Assembly: GCA_016927065.1 (NCBI GenBank)
Contig: JAFGNJ010000028.1
Span: 5,165 to 69,164 of the forward strand
Source: Deltaproteobacteria bacterium
GTDB taxonomy: Bacteria > Desulfobacterota > B13-G15 > RBG-16-54-18
DNA: 64,000 nucleotides
Reading direction: 5' to 3'
Of this stretch, positions 50,450 to 60,523 are shown piece after piece. The notes beneath the pieces are model-generated. The model was not told the DNA's origin and did no database searches. It saw only the letters and a program-made list of their open reading frames with translations. Made by a program: the position numbers and the translations under genes. Each line of letters starts with the position of its first letter. Positions within the stretch are counted from its first letter, which is position 1.

Positions 50450-51049
50450 TTATTCACCGTCCCCCATAAAGAGTGTGACGGGTGGCAGGCCATGCAGTCC
50501 GGGAACGGTAATGGCATGCAGGATGCGCAGTCGGTCGGTGAGGGCAGCGACCGCCAATTCTCGCGACAGCGGGGTCAGTTGCTCCATGGTCTGTACCTGG
50601 GCGAGGGTATAAAATCCAGCTTGGATAATTTCTTCAGTGGTTTCTTGGATGAGCTGTCCCCCTCTTATCCGGAGGAGGAACACTACATAACTGGTGTTGA
50701 CATCAGGATCGGGACGATTGCGAAAACCAGCGAGTCCAACGACCACACAGTGCAGGCCGGTTTCCTCCTTCACTTCACGCACGACGGCGGCATCGGTCGT
50801 TTCATTGCTCTCGACAAACCCACCCGGCAAGGTCCAATAACCGCGGTTTGGTTCCTGATTGCGCTGAATAAGGAGGATTGCGGCGGTATCCCTCTTCATT
50901 ACGATTCCCCCGACGCCCAGCGAATAGTGTCCAAAGTCGATAAAACCACAGCCGCCCTGCTCCGGGACACAGTGTGGTCGTTCGCGCCCCTCAATGGTGT
51001 ATGAGATCAGCCGTTGCCCGCACTGCGGACAAAATCGCATCTGCGCCAT
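50450..51049 (-). CDS. NUDIX hydrolase with N-terminal Zn ribbon
   Basis: FCPQCG...C...CG; Nudix box GGFVESNETTDAAVVREVKEETG. Confidence 0.9.
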   Translation of the reverse strand: MAQMRFCPQCGQRLISYTIEGRERPHCVPEQGGCGFIDFGHYSLGVGGIVMKRDTAAILLIQRNQEPNRGYWTLPGGFVESNETTDAAVVREVKEETGLHCVVVGLAGFRNRPDPDVNTSYVVFLLRIRGGQLIQETTEEIIQAGFYTLAQVQTMEQLTPLSRELAVAALTDRLRILHAITVPGLHGLPPVTLFMGDGE

Positions 51050-51198
51050 ACCGTTTATCTTATTATCACAATAACCATGACCCGCGCAATACAAGGTCTC
51101 TTCTATAAGACGCTGGGTGTCGATGATACGGTCTCAAACAAGCTTCCAAGCCTCTGCAGACTGGGTTCGCTTGGATGGATGAGGGTTTGTGTAGAATC

Positions 51199-51227
51199 TT
51201 GCCCTTTCAGTGGGCTAGGCATATAAT
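51199..51227 (+). promoter_or_regulatory. sigma70-type promoter for relA/spoT
   Basis: TTGCCC, 17 nt, TATAAT; only 10 nt between -10 and the ATG. Confidence 0.65.
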
Positions 51228-51237
51228 ATAGGTACAA

Positions 51238-53409
51238 ATGCTTAGATTTAACGACATAGCGGATCAAATCGAATCATATAATCCCTCGGCAGACCTGGAC
51301 CTCTTAGAAAAGGCCTACGTCTTCTCGGCGAAGGTCCATCAAGGGCAGGTACGCCGTTCGGGCGAGCCCTATCTTATTCACCCCCTGGAGGTGGCCGGGA
51401 TCTTGACCAAGATGAAGCTGGACGTGGCCGCCGTCGCAACGGGGTTACTCCACGATACCATCGAGGATACCCTGACTACCTTTGAGGAAATCAAAGAACA
51501 CTTCGGCGACGAGATCGCCCATTTGGTAGATGGGGTGACCAAGATCAGCCAGATAAACTTCCAGACCCGTGAAGAACAGCAGGCTGAGAATTTTCGCAAA
51601 ATGGTCTTGGCCATGGTCAAGGACATCAAGGTAATTCTCATCAAGCTCGCTGACAGACTTCATAACATGCGTACCCTCCACTATCTTGATTCCCAGAAAC
51701 AACGGGAGATCGCCCAAGAGACCATCGAGATCTTTGCTCCCATTGCCAACCGCCTCGGCATCGATTGGATTAAGACGGAATTGGAGGAATTGGCGTTCCG
51801 TTACCTGGAACCTCAAGCATGTCGCGAGCTTTCCAAAAAAGTGGCCAAGACCAAGAAGGAGCGGGAGCGATATGTGGATGAGGTGAAGGGAATTATTACA
51901 AAAAAACTTGATGAGCTCGGCATACGGGGGGAAGTAACCGGGAGGGTCAAACAACTCTTCAGCATATACAAGAAGATGAAGCGCCAGGGCGTAGAGTTTC
52001 ATGACGTGTACGACATCACGGCCTTTAGGATTATCGTGGGCTCCATCAAAGAGTGTTATGAGGCATTGGGTATCATCCACTCCCTGTGGCCACCTGTGCC
52101 GGGAAAATTCGACGATTACATAGCCCTTCCAAAAGGCAACATGTATCAATCCCTCCATACCACGGTCATCGGCCCCTATGGGGAGAGGATAGAGATCCAG
52201 ATTAGGACGTGGGAGATACACATGATAGCTGAGGAGGGGATCGCCGCTCATTGGAAATACAAGGAAAGCGGAAAGTTTGACGAGAAAGATGCGAAACGAT
52301 TTTCCTGGCTGCGGCAATTGCTCGAGTGGCAGATGGATCTGGAAGACAGTCAGGAGTTTTTACAGACAGTCAAGGTGGATCTTTTCCCCACTGAGGTATA
52401 TGTATTTACCCCCAATGGGGAGGTGAAGGAGTTTCCCAAGGGTGCCACCCCTGTCGATTTCGCCTACAGTATTCATACCGACGTCGGGCATCAATGTGTG
52501 AGGGCGAAGGTGAATAGTCGTCTCGTGCCTCTCAATTATCAACTCAAAAACGGAGACGCAGTAGAAATCATCACCTCTGCTAAACATCACCCCAGCCGGG
52601 ATTGGCTGAAATTTGTAAAGACCCCACGAGCGAAGACCAAGATCCTCCAATGGATAAAGGGTCAGCAACGGGAGAAGAGCATCTCTCTGGGGAGGGATCT
52701 GTGCGAGCGGGATTTTAAGAAATTTGGCTTGAAATATTCCAAGTACTGGAAGGCAGGAGATTTTGAGAAGACAGCCCAAGAGTTTAGTCTCACCAACGGA
52801 GAGGAACTTTTGGCCTCCATCGGCTATGGAAAGATTACCACTCAGCAGGTGATCGGACGCCTTGCCCCTGAGAAGATCAGAATAGACGATAAAAAGACGG
52901 CTGAAGGAGGCCTGGAAAAGGTTATCAAGCGGATAAGCAGCCGGCAAAAGGGGCTTGTCAAGATCGATGGGATAGACGATGTTCTCATGAGTTTTGCCGG
53001 CTGCTGCAACCCCCTACCGGGGGACAAGATCGTTGGCTTTATTACGAGGGGGAGAGGGGTGACGATTCACACGGCGGATTGTCTAAACGCCCTTGCGGCG
53101 GATCCCAGGAGACGTATAGAGGCGCAATGGGCCCTCGATGGAGATACTACCTTTCCCACCAGGATCCGTATCTACTCTGCCGACAAAAAAGGAATGCTGG
53201 CTACCATGAGTTCCTCTATCTCGGGCAATGGGGTCAATATCATTGGGGCTCAGATCCGGACCACCGGTGATGGAAATGCGGAAAGTACCTTTGATATTGA
53301 GATCGGGAACTTAAAACAATTGAAAAAGATACTCCATGCCTTACAGAATATTGACGGGGTGATGAAGGTCGAGCGGATTAGGGAGTGGCAGGGACCTGTG
53401 GGGCCTTGA
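51238..53409 (+). CDS. relA: Bifunctional (p)ppGpp synthetase/hydrolase Rel
   Basis: [19 protein letters not shown] (intact HD), [26 protein letters not shown] domains. Confidence 0.96.
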   Translation: MLRFNDIADQIESYNPSADLDLLEKAYVFSAKVHQGQVRRSGEPYLIHPLEVAGILTKMKLDVAAVATGLLHDTIEDTLTTFEEIKEHFGDEIAHLVDGVTKISQINFQTREEQQAENFRKMVLAMVKDIKVILIKLADRLHNMRTLHYLDSQKQREIAQETIEIFAPIANRLGIDWIKTELEELAFRYLEPQACRELSKKVAKTKKERERYVDEVKGIITKKLDELGIRGEVTGRVKQLFSIYKKMKRQGVEFHDVYDITAFRIIVGSIKECYEALGIIHSLWPPVPGKFDDYIALPKGNMYQSLHTTVIGPYGERIEIQIRTWEIHMIAEEGIAAHWKYKESGKFDEKDAKRFSWLRQLLEWQMDLEDSQEFLQTVKVDLFPTEVYVFTPNGEVKEFPKGATPVDFAYSIHTDVGHQCVRAKVNSRLVPLNYQLKNGDAVEIITSAKHHPSRDWLKFVKTPRAKTKILQWIKGQQREKSISLGRDLCERDFKKFGLKYSKYWKAGDFEKTAQEFSLTNGEELLASIGYGKITTQQVIGRLAPEKIRIDDKKTAEGGLEKVIKRISSRQKGLVKIDGIDDVLMSFAGCCNPLPGDKIVGFITRGRGVTIHTADCLNALAADPRRRIEAQWALDGDTTFPTRIRIYSADKKGMLATMSSSISGNGVNIIGAQIRTTGDGNAESTFDIEIGNLKQLKKILHALQNIDGVMKVERIREWQGPVGP

Positions 53410-53587
53410 CAACCCGACCCGCCTTGATGCATTTAGTACACACCCTCATCCTGACAACTTTTCCGTTTTGGAGGACTCGTACCTTTTGGAGGTTTGGCAG
53501 CCATACCCGTTTCGTTCTGTTATTGGCATGGCTGACGTTATTGCCCCTCTGAGGACGTTTGTTACATATATCGCACTGCCTGGACAT
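53378..53587 (-). CDS. rpmB: 50S ribosomal protein bL28 (Zn-binding form)
   Basis: [28 protein letters not shown]...VCTKC; tandem ATG at 53590/53587. Confidence 0.96.
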   Translation of the reverse strand: MSRQCDICNKRPQRGNNVSHANNRTKRVWLPNLQKVRVLQNGKVVRMRVCTKCIKAGRVVKAPQVPATP

Positions 53588-53614
53588 CATTATCTCCCTT
53601 CCCAGAAGGTGTTT

Positions 53615-53643
53615 TTTATAAACCTTTTTTTTGTTGGTGTCAA
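53615..53643 (-). promoter_or_regulatory. sigma70-type promoter for rpmB
   Basis: Minus strand TTGACA, 17 nt, TATAAA. Confidence 0.72.
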
Positions 53644-53693
53644 GGAGAACTTTATTACGCAAACGAATGGCCAGAAATACCATGAGGAGAAAT

Positions 53694-53723
53694 TTGACAA
53701 CTCAAGGATATTTGATGTAATTT
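53694..53723 (+). promoter_or_regulatory. Possible sigma70 promoter for the CN-hydrolase-argS operon
   Basis: TTGACA, 18 nt, TAATTT. Confidence 0.45.
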
Positions 53724-53749
53724 GTTCCATTCTGTGAACAGGGGAGACC

Positions 53750-54571
53750 ATGGGACTTACAATCGCTGGAATACAGATGGCTTGCCGAGAGGATAAGGAT
53801 GATAATGTCCAAAAGGCATTACGGATGGGGCAGCTTGCCGCACAAAGAGGTGCCCAGATCATCTGTTTTCAGGAGTTATTCAACACTCACTGGTTCCCCA
53901 GAGATATTCATGAGCATAATTTTCTCTTGGCTGAGGATATTGATGGTCCTACCATGGCGGCGATGAGGACATTGGCCAAGGCGAAGGGGGTGGCCCTGAT
54001 CTGCCCCTTTTTCGAGAAGGATGGTGATCAGTATTTTAATACTGCTGCCGTGATTGATCGGGATGGGGAGATCGCGGGGGCATATCGAAAAGTCCACATC
54101 CCGCAGATCCCCCTATGGGAGGAACGGACCTATTTTTCCCCTGGTGACAAGGGGTTTCCTGTGTTCGATCTCGGCCTTGCAAAAATTGGTGTGCAGATAT
54201 GTTGGGACAACTTTTTCCCCGAGGGGACAAGGCAGTTGGCCCTCCAGGGGGCCCAGGTCATCTTCGCCCCCACCGCCGCCGCCTTCGCCTCCCAACAGCG
54301 ATGGCTGAAGGTCTTGGCGGGAAATGCTATCGTCAATGGCCTCTTCGTCATGCGGGTAAATAGGGTAGGGAGCGAACCAAAACAGGATTTCTACGGCATG
54401 AGTTTCTGCATCTCCCCTGAGGGAGATATTGTAGGTGAACCAACAGGCCTTCAGGAGGGGATTCTGCTGGTGGAGATCGCTCTCGATGAGGTATCAAGGG
54501 TGCGCAGGGAATGGCCCTTTTTAAAAGATCGAAGGCCGGAGATTTATACGTTTTTGGCGCAGCAGGACTAA
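53750..54571 (+). CDS. Carbon-nitrogen hydrolase (N-carbamoylputrescine amidase/beta-ureidopropionase-like)
   Basis: Catalytic triad FQELF, YRKVHIP, ICWD; NRVG, FYG.S, DRRP. Confidence 0.9.
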   Translation: MGLTIAGIQMACREDKDDNVQKALRMGQLAAQRGAQIICFQELFNTHWFPRDIHEHNFLLAEDIDGPTMAAMRTLAKAKGVALICPFFEKDGDQYFNTAAVIDRDGEIAGAYRKVHIPQIPLWEERTYFSPGDKGFPVFDLGLAKIGVQICWDNFFPEGTRQLALQGAQVIFAPTAAAFASQQRWLKVLAGNAIVNGLFVMRVNRVGSEPKQDFYGMSFCISPEGDIVGEPTGLQEGILLVEIALDEVSRVRREWPFLKDRRPEIYTFLAQQD

Positions 54572-54572
54572 T

Positions 54573-56237
54573 GTGAAGAAAGGTTTGTCCGAGATCATCG
54601 TGCGAGCAGTTACGAGGGGGCAGGAGCGAGGAGAAGTACCTGGGAGTGATCTCCCACCCCTTATTATGGAATATCCCCGGGAAGAGAAATATGGCGATTA
54701 TGCCACCAATATTGCTATGACCTTGGCTTCTCACGCCGAAAGATCACCACGGGACATTGCTGAGACTATTGTACGGTATATAGAGGACGACGAGGGGATC
54801 ATCGAACGGGTCGAAGTAGCCGGGCCCGGCTTCATAAACTTCTTTCTCAAGGCGGACTATTGGCATCATTTTTTGCGGGAGGCTGCTCGACAAGGGAACC
54901 GGTACGGTGAAGGGGATATAGGGGGTGGTAAGCGGGTCTTGATTGAATTTCTCAGTGCCAACCCCACCGGCCCCCTCCACATCGGGCACGGGAGGATAGC
55001 CGCCTTTGGCGACGTCTTGGCTAACCTCTTGGAGAAGGTTGGTTACAGGGTGGAGCGTGAATACTATGTCAACGATATCGGGACGCAAATGCAACTCCTG
55101 GGACGCTCCGTGTATCTCCGGTACCTGCAGGAGTGGGATAAGGAGCTCGAATTTCCCTCTGATGGGTATCAAGGGGACTATATCAGCGAGATCGCCCGCA
55201 CCATCAAAAATGGAGAAGGGGATACGTATCTCGGTTCCCCTGAAGAGGACGCTATAAATTTCATGGGTGAAAAGGCCTCTCAGATCATCTTAGGGTGGAT
55301 TAAGGATGATCTGGAACGATTTCAAGTCCGCTTCGATAAGTGGTACCATGAGGCGGATTTATACACAAGCGGTTTGGTCCCGCGGCTTTTGGAAGAATTG
55401 CGAAACAAAGAATACCTGTATGAGAATGAAGGGGCCCTCTGGTTTAAAAGTACCCTCTTTGGTGATGAGAAGGATAGGGTAGTAATCAGGGGCAATAAAG
55501 CAACAACCTATTTTGCCTCTGATATCGCCTATCACAAAGACAAGTATAATCGCGGGTATGATCACATAATAGATATTTGGGGGGCCGACCACCACGGCTA
55601 TATACCCCGCATGGAGGCCGCTATTCAGGCCCTCGGATGTGACCAAGCCATCTTTAAGGTTATCCTGGTGCAGTTGGTCAACTTGTTGCGGGGAGGGAAG
55701 CAGGTCAGTATGTCCACGCGGACCGGGGAATTCACCTCCCTGAAGGAGGTGATGGATGAGGTGGGGGTGGATGCCTGCCGCTATTTCTTCATGCTGCGCA
55801 GGGCCGACTCTCCGTTGGACTTTGATGTGGAGTTGGCTAAGAGGGAAGGGGCGGAGAATCCCGTTTATTATGTACAATACGTCCACGCGAGGATATCGAG
55901 TATCTTTAAGAAGGCGGCTGAAGATGGCGTAGAGGTGCCGACCTTCAAGGATGTGGATATCTCCCAGCTACGCCTCCCGGAGGAGCGGTTGTTGGCCAAG
56001 CGGGTAGCCATCTACCCTGAGTTTCTGGAAGGGATGGCTCTTGCCTTGGAGCCCCACCGCTTGACCGCTTATGTGCAGGATTTGGCTGGCATCTTCCACA
56101 GTTATTATAACAAACATCGTGTCATCTCAGATGACAAGGCGTTGACGAATGCACGGTTCCTCCTGGTCAAGGCCGTCCAGGGGGCTGTGCACAGTGCGCT
56201 GGGGATTTTGGGAATAGTCGCCCCGACGGAGATGTGA
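54573..56237 (+). CDS. argS: Arginyl-tRNA synthetase
   Basis: GDYATN, AGPGFIN, SANPTGPLHIGH, GADHHGY, MSTRTG, YYVQY.HAR. Confidence 0.98.
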   Translation: MKKGLSEIIVRAVTRGQERGEVPGSDLPPLIMEYPREEKYGDYATNIAMTLASHAERSPRDIAETIVRYIEDDEGIIERVEVAGPGFINFFLKADYWHHFLREAARQGNRYGEGDIGGGKRVLIEFLSANPTGPLHIGHGRIAAFGDVLANLLEKVGYRVEREYYVNDIGTQMQLLGRSVYLRYLQEWDKELEFPSDGYQGDYISEIARTIKNGEGDTYLGSPEEDAINFMGEKASQIILGWIKDDLERFQVRFDKWYHEADLYTSGLVPRLLEELRNKEYLYENEGALWFKSTLFGDEKDRVVIRGNKATTYFASDIAYHKDKYNRGYDHIIDIWGADHHGYIPRMEAAIQALGCDQAIFKVILVQLVNLLRGGKQVSMSTRTGEFTSLKEVMDEVGVDACRYFFMLRRADSPLDFDVELAKREGAENPVYYVQYVHARISSIFKKAAEDGVEVPTFKDVDISQLRLPEERLLAKRVAIYPEFLEGMALALEPHRLTAYVQDLAGIFHSYYNKHRVISDDKALTNARFLLVKAVQGAVHSALGILGIVAPTEM

Positions 56238-56905
56238 TGAGGGATTATAAAGAACCGATTTCCAAGGTACAAAAGCGCAATCAACTCTCGAGGATTTTCG
56301 GAATTATGGGGGGGATGATCTTTGCTTTTGTGATCTTCATCGTGGGGGTCAGAGTAGGGATACAGATCGAACGGGAGCGGGTGCGTATTGCCGAAGAATT
56401 GACGTCTCCCATGCCGAGTGGTAAGACAGGGGAGGGTACGGATAAAAGCAACGATAAAAAATCACCTCTATCCCCAGAGGAAAAAGATGATAAGATGAAG
56501 TTTACCTTTTATGAAACCTTGACGAAAAAAGAGCTGACTGAAAAAGAGACACCAAAAGAAGAAACACCGGCAAAAAAAGAGGTAGCGACGAAAAAAGAGG
56601 AGGTTAAGACACCCCCACCAACGCACACAAAAGTGGAAGAACTCAAGAAGGCGACTGCTGAGAAAGAGTTTTTCTTTGTTCAGATTGCCTCTTTTAGGGA
56701 AAAGGAGACGGCTGAGGGCCTGCGGGACAGATTGGCCAAAGAGGGGTATACGGTTAACGTAACCCCAGTACAGATAGAAGGGTTGGGTTTGTGGTACCGG
56801 GTAAGGCTGGGAGGGTATACAACGTTGCAGGAGGCCCAGGAAGTACAGAAAAGGATTGCCGTTGAGGAAAACATCGAGGGGACTAAGGTGGTATCAAGTC
56901 CATGA
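56234..56905 (+). CDS. SPOR domain cell division protein
   Basis: TM helix, FTFYETL, charged linker, VQIASF...WYRVRLG; conserved argS-SPOR linkage. Confidence 0.88.
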   Translation: MMRDYKEPISKVQKRNQLSRIFGIMGGMIFAFVIFIVGVRVGIQIERERVRIAEELTSPMPSGKTGEGTDKSNDKKSPLSPEEKDDKMKFTFYETLTKKELTEKETPKEETPAKKEVATKKEEVKTPPPTHTKVEELKKATAEKEFFFVQIASFREKETAEGLRDRLAKEGYTVNVTPVQIEGLGLWYRVRLGGYTTLQEAQEVQKRIAVEENIEGTKVVSSP

Positions 56906-58704
56906 TCGTAGATCGTTCGCGAATACGAAATTTTTCTATCATCGCTCATATCGACCACGGCAAGTCCACCCTGGCCGATCGGTTTCTGGAATTGACCCAC
57001 TCGGTCCCGGAGCGGGAAATGCGCGCGCAATTCCTCGACCGCTTGGATCTCGAACGGGAGCGGGGGATAACCATTAAGGCCCAGAGTGTGAGGATCAGAT
57101 ACCCCGGTGCAGATGGGGGTGAGTATCTCTTGAACCTCATCGACACCCCGGGGCACGTCGATTTTGTCTATGAGGTATCCAGGAGCATGGCGGCCTGCGA
57201 AGGGGTGATCTTGTTGGTAGATGCCATGCAGGGGGTGCAGGCCCAGACCGTGGCGAATCTGTATCAAGCTATGGAAAACGATTTGGTGGTCATACCCGTG
57301 ATCAACAAGATAGATCTTCCCGACGCTGATCCAGAGCGAGTTAAGGGTGAGATCGAGGAGGTCTTGGGGCTTGATCCCTCAGATATCCTTACCGTAAGCG
57401 CCAAGGAGGGTACCGGTGTACATAACCTCCTGCAAGAGATCATAGAACGAATTTCCCCTCCAGCAGGTGATCCCGATGCCCCTCTCAAGGCGCTGATCTT
57501 TGACTCATGGTACGATTCATATCACGGTGCCATCATCATGGTCCGGGTTGTGAGCGGCCGCGTAAAAACAGGAGACCGAATACGCCTCTGTGCCAGCGCC
57601 AAAGACTATACCGTAAGCCGGGTCGGCGTTTTCGCCCCTCATGAAGTGGAAGAAGGATCCTTGGGGCCTGGTGAGGTCGGCTTTTTGGTGGCTGGGATCA
57701 AGGCAGTCAAGGAGGCTAGAGTGGGGGATACCGTGACCCTCGCCCATAACCCTACCAAGGAGCCTTTTTCTGGTTTTAAGGCCATCAAACCTATGGTCTT
57801 CGCCGGACTGTATCCCGCTGACGCCGGACAATATAACCCTCTCCGTGAGGCCCTGGAACGGTTTCACCTCAACGACTCATCCTTTACCTTCGAACCGGAG
57901 AGTTCGGCAACTTTGGGTCTCGGCTTTCGCTGTGGATTTTTGGGGTTGCTCCACATGGAGATCGTTCAGGAGCGGCTGGAGCGGGAGTTCGGTCTGCGGC
58001 TCATCTTCACCTCCCCTACGGTGGTTTATGAGGTGGTGACGAACCACGGCGAGACCCTGCGGGTAGCTAACCCCAGCACACTGCCGTCCCGGGAGGAGAT
58101 AGCATCCATCCGGGAGCCCTTTATCACCGCCACGATACATCTCCCGGCCGGATTCCTCGGGCCTGTCTTGCGGCTTTGCGAAGAAAGAAGAGGGAAACAG
58201 AAGCAGATTGAATATTTCTCTCATCATAAGGTGGCGGTAACCTATGAACTTCCCCTCGTAGAGGTCCTGTGGGATTTTTATGACCGGCTCAAATCCTTCA
58301 GTAAGGGATATGCCTCCTTTGATTATGGGTTCTGCGCATTTCGGGAATCTGATTTGGTGAGGCTCGACATCCTCATCAACGGGGAGGTGATGGAGGCCCT
58401 CTCCATTATCGTGCACCGAGATCAGGCCTATTACCGTGGCAAAGAGTTGGTTCACAGGATGAAGGACATTATACCTCGTCAGATGTTCGAGGTGGTAGTT
58501 CAGGCGGCCGCAGGTGGGAGGATTATCGCCAGGGGGAAAATTCCGCCATTACGCAAGCACGTGACGGCTAAGTGCTATGGGGGGGATGTCACCAGAAAAA
58601 ATAAACTGCTGGGAAAACAGCGAGAGGGGAAGAAGCGGATGAAGCGCGTGGGGAAGGTGGATCTTCCCCAAGAGGCCTTTCTTACCCTCTTACAGGTTAG
58701 ATGA
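56902..58704 (+). CDS. lepA: Translation elongation factor 4
   Basis: [48 protein letters not shown]. Confidence 0.98.
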   Translation: MIVDRSRIRNFSIIAHIDHGKSTLADRFLELTHSVPEREMRAQFLDRLDLERERGITIKAQSVRIRYPGADGGEYLLNLIDTPGHVDFVYEVSRSMAACEGVILLVDAMQGVQAQTVANLYQAMENDLVVIPVINKIDLPDADPERVKGEIEEVLGLDPSDILTVSAKEGTGVHNLLQEIIERISPPAGDPDAPLKALIFDSWYDSYHGAIIMVRVVSGRVKTGDRIRLCASAKDYTVSRVGVFAPHEVEEGSLGPGEVGFLVAGIKAVKEARVGDTVTLAHNPTKEPFSGFKAIKPMVFAGLYPADAGQYNPLREALERFHLNDSSFTFEPESSATLGLGFRCGFLGLLHMEIVQERLEREFGLRLIFTSPTVVYEVVTNHGETLRVANPSTLPSREEIASIREPFITATIHLPAGFLGPVLRLCEERRGKQKQIEYFSHHKVAVTYELPLVEVLWDFYDRLKSFSKGYASFDYGFCAFRESDLVRLDILINGEVMEALSIIVHRDQAYYRGKELVHRMKDIIPRQMFEVVVQAAAGGRIIARGKIPPLRKHVTAKCYGGDVTRKNKLLGKQREGKKRMKRVGKVDLPQEAFLTLLQVR

Positions 58705-58721
58705 AAGGAGGAACTGAACGG

Positions 58722-59336
58722 ATGTCTGAAACAAAAAAAAGCAAGGTGCGGGAATATGCAGAGACCCTGATTATAGCGCTACTCATCGCCCTCTTTGTCA
58801 GGACCTTTGTAGTCCAGGCCTTCAAAATCCCCTCCGGCTCCATGGAGCCCACCCTCCTGGTGGGGGATCATCTTTTAGTTAATAAATTCATCTACGGTAT
58901 CAGGATACCCATGATAGGAAAAAAGATCGTCCAATTCAGCGAACCTGAGCGGGGGGATGTCATCGTTTTTGTCCCCCCCCACGAGCGGAAAAAGGACTTT
59001 ATCAAACGGGTCATTGGATTGCCGGGAGAAAAGGTGGAGATCAAAGAGCGAAAGATCTATATCAATGATCGCCTCATCGAAGACCCCTGGGGGGTTTTCA
59101 CAAAAGACAATCCTTCAGCAAGCTTGGATAATTATGGCCCGGAAAAAGTCCCCCCAGATTCACTCTTCGTTATGGGTGACAACAGGGACAACAGCCAAGA
59201 CAGCCGTTATTGGGGGTTTGCCTCCCTCGATGATGTCTTGGGTAAGGCCTTTATTATGTATTGGTCGTGGGACTGGGATGCCCGCTCTCTGGTGTCAAGG
59301 GTCCGCTGGAACAGGATTGGCAGTCTTATCCGCTAG
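58722..59336 (+). CDS. lepB: Signal peptidase I
   Basis: IPSGSMEPTL (Ser), FIKRVIG (Lys), GDNRDNSQDSR; AGGAGG SD before ATG 58722 (58701 is the alternative start). Confidence 0.96.
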   Translation: MSETKKSKVREYAETLIIALLIALFVRTFVVQAFKIPSGSMEPTLLVGDHLLVNKFIYGIRIPMIGKKIVQFSEPERGDVIVFVPPHERKKDFIKRVIGLPGEKVEIKERKIYINDRLIEDPWGVFTKDNPSASLDNYGPEKVPPDSLFVMGDNRDNSQDSRYWGFASLDDVLGKAFIMYWSWDWDARSLVSRVRWNRIGSLIR

Positions 59337-60394
59337 TACTCTTTGATGTCCTTATCCTTGCGAAAGATCGCGGCGATAAGGGTTACCCTGACCCACATAC
59401 CGTTGCGCACCTGACGCCAATAGATGGCCCGTTTATCCCCATCTATCTCCACGGGTATTTCGTCCCGTCGCGGCAAGGGGTGCATGATGATGGCATTAGG
59501 GGGAAGGATCTTCAAGTATTCCTTTTTGAAATAGTATGCGGAGTAATCTATCCGTTTTGATTCTCCCGCCTTATCATATTCATCCTGAATCCTGGTCATG
59601 TAGACGGCATCCACGGAGGGGATGACTTCCTCAAGGGTATTCGTTTCCTCAAATGCCACCTTTTGTTCCTTGAGGTAGCTTTTGAGGTCCTCTTCCATCT
59701 GGAGTTCAGGAGGGGCAACGAAGTAGAGTTTAACCCCCCTATAATTTCTTAAAAGGTACGCCAAGGAACGTACGGTTCTGCCCCGCAAGAGGTCTCCTAC
59801 AAAAGCGATCCGTTTGCCGTCGATTCCCCCATAGTTGTCGAAGGAACGGTGGAGGGTGTAGATGTCCAGGAGGGCCTGCGTGGGATGCTGATCTTTCCCT
59901 GAACCGGCGTTGATGACAGGTACCGGTCTCCTGATCTGATTCAGGAGAAACGCGATCCTCTCGGCAAAGCCCGATTGGGGGTGGCGCATCACGATGAGGT
60001 CCACATAGCTACTGAACGTCCGAACAGTATCTTCCTGTGACTCCCCTTTCATTTCCGAGGAGGTGGCGGCATCCCTTACTTCTGAACACTGGATCCCCAA
60101 AATCTGACAGGCGGCCATGAAGGAGAGGAAGGTTCTGGTGGAGGGTTGGACAAAGTAGAGCATCGCCCGTTTCCCCTGGAGGAGGGACTGAAGAAACGAA
60201 ACCCCTTTATTTCCTTTGGCGATTCCCCTGATCTTGGTGGTCAGTTCACATATTTCATCGAGAAACTGCCGGTCGAACTGCTGGGACATGATGACATGAA
60301 AGATGCTCCCGTCCCGGGTGAAGTACTCTTTCTTTTCGCTTCCTCGGAGTTGTTGGAAGGTTTTCCAATCGATCCCCTTCATCACGTCGGCCAT
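59333..60394 (-). CDS. pyrB: Aspartate carbamoyltransferase catalytic subunit
   Basis: PSTRT, KGES..DT, INAG..QHPTQALLD, GDL..GRTVRS, YMTRIQ, MHPLPR. Confidence 0.95.
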   Translation of the reverse strand: MADVMKGIDWKTFQQLRGSEKKEYFTRDGSIFHVIMSQQFDRQFLDEICELTTKIRGIAKGNKGVSFLQSLLQGKRAMLYFVQPSTRTFLSFMAACQILGIQCSEVRDAATSSEMKGESQEDTVRTFSSYVDLIVMRHPQSGFAERIAFLLNQIRRPVPVINAGSGKDQHPTQALLDIYTLHRSFDNYGGIDGKRIAFVGDLLRGRTVRSLAYLLRNYRGVKLYFVAPPELQMEEDLKSYLKEQKVAFEETNTLEEVIPSVDAVYMTRIQDEYDKAGESKRIDYSAYYFKKEYLKILPPNAIIMHPLPRRDEIPVEIDGDKRAIYWRQVRNGMWVRVTLIAAIFRKDKDIKEY

Positions 60395-60416
60395 TACCGT
60401 CACCCCCAATCACTGT

Positions 60417-60445
60417 ATCCTAGCTCGATTGAGGGGGAAAATCAA
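60417..60445 (-). promoter_or_regulatory. sigma70-type promoter for pyrB
   Basis: Minus strand TTGATT, 17 nt, TAGGAT. Confidence 0.55.
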
Positions 60446-60471
60446 GCAGGAGAACGGGCCGTTACGCTTTC

Positions 60472-60500
60472 TTGACAAGGCGGAGCATGGGGTTTAGCTT
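60472..60500 (+). promoter_or_regulatory. sigma70-type promoter for the M16 peptidase
   Basis: TTGACA, 17 nt, TAGCTT. Confidence 0.55.
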
Positions 60501-60523
60501 ATATCAGGAAAGCTTGCAGGAGG

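Noticed and set aside
51172-51190. TGGATGGATG shared with the rsmB 3' end (49188-49197), a possible second gene-tail relic
   Set aside because: Only a low-complexity 10-mer; flanks do not align convincingly in DNA or protein, unlike the purC relic
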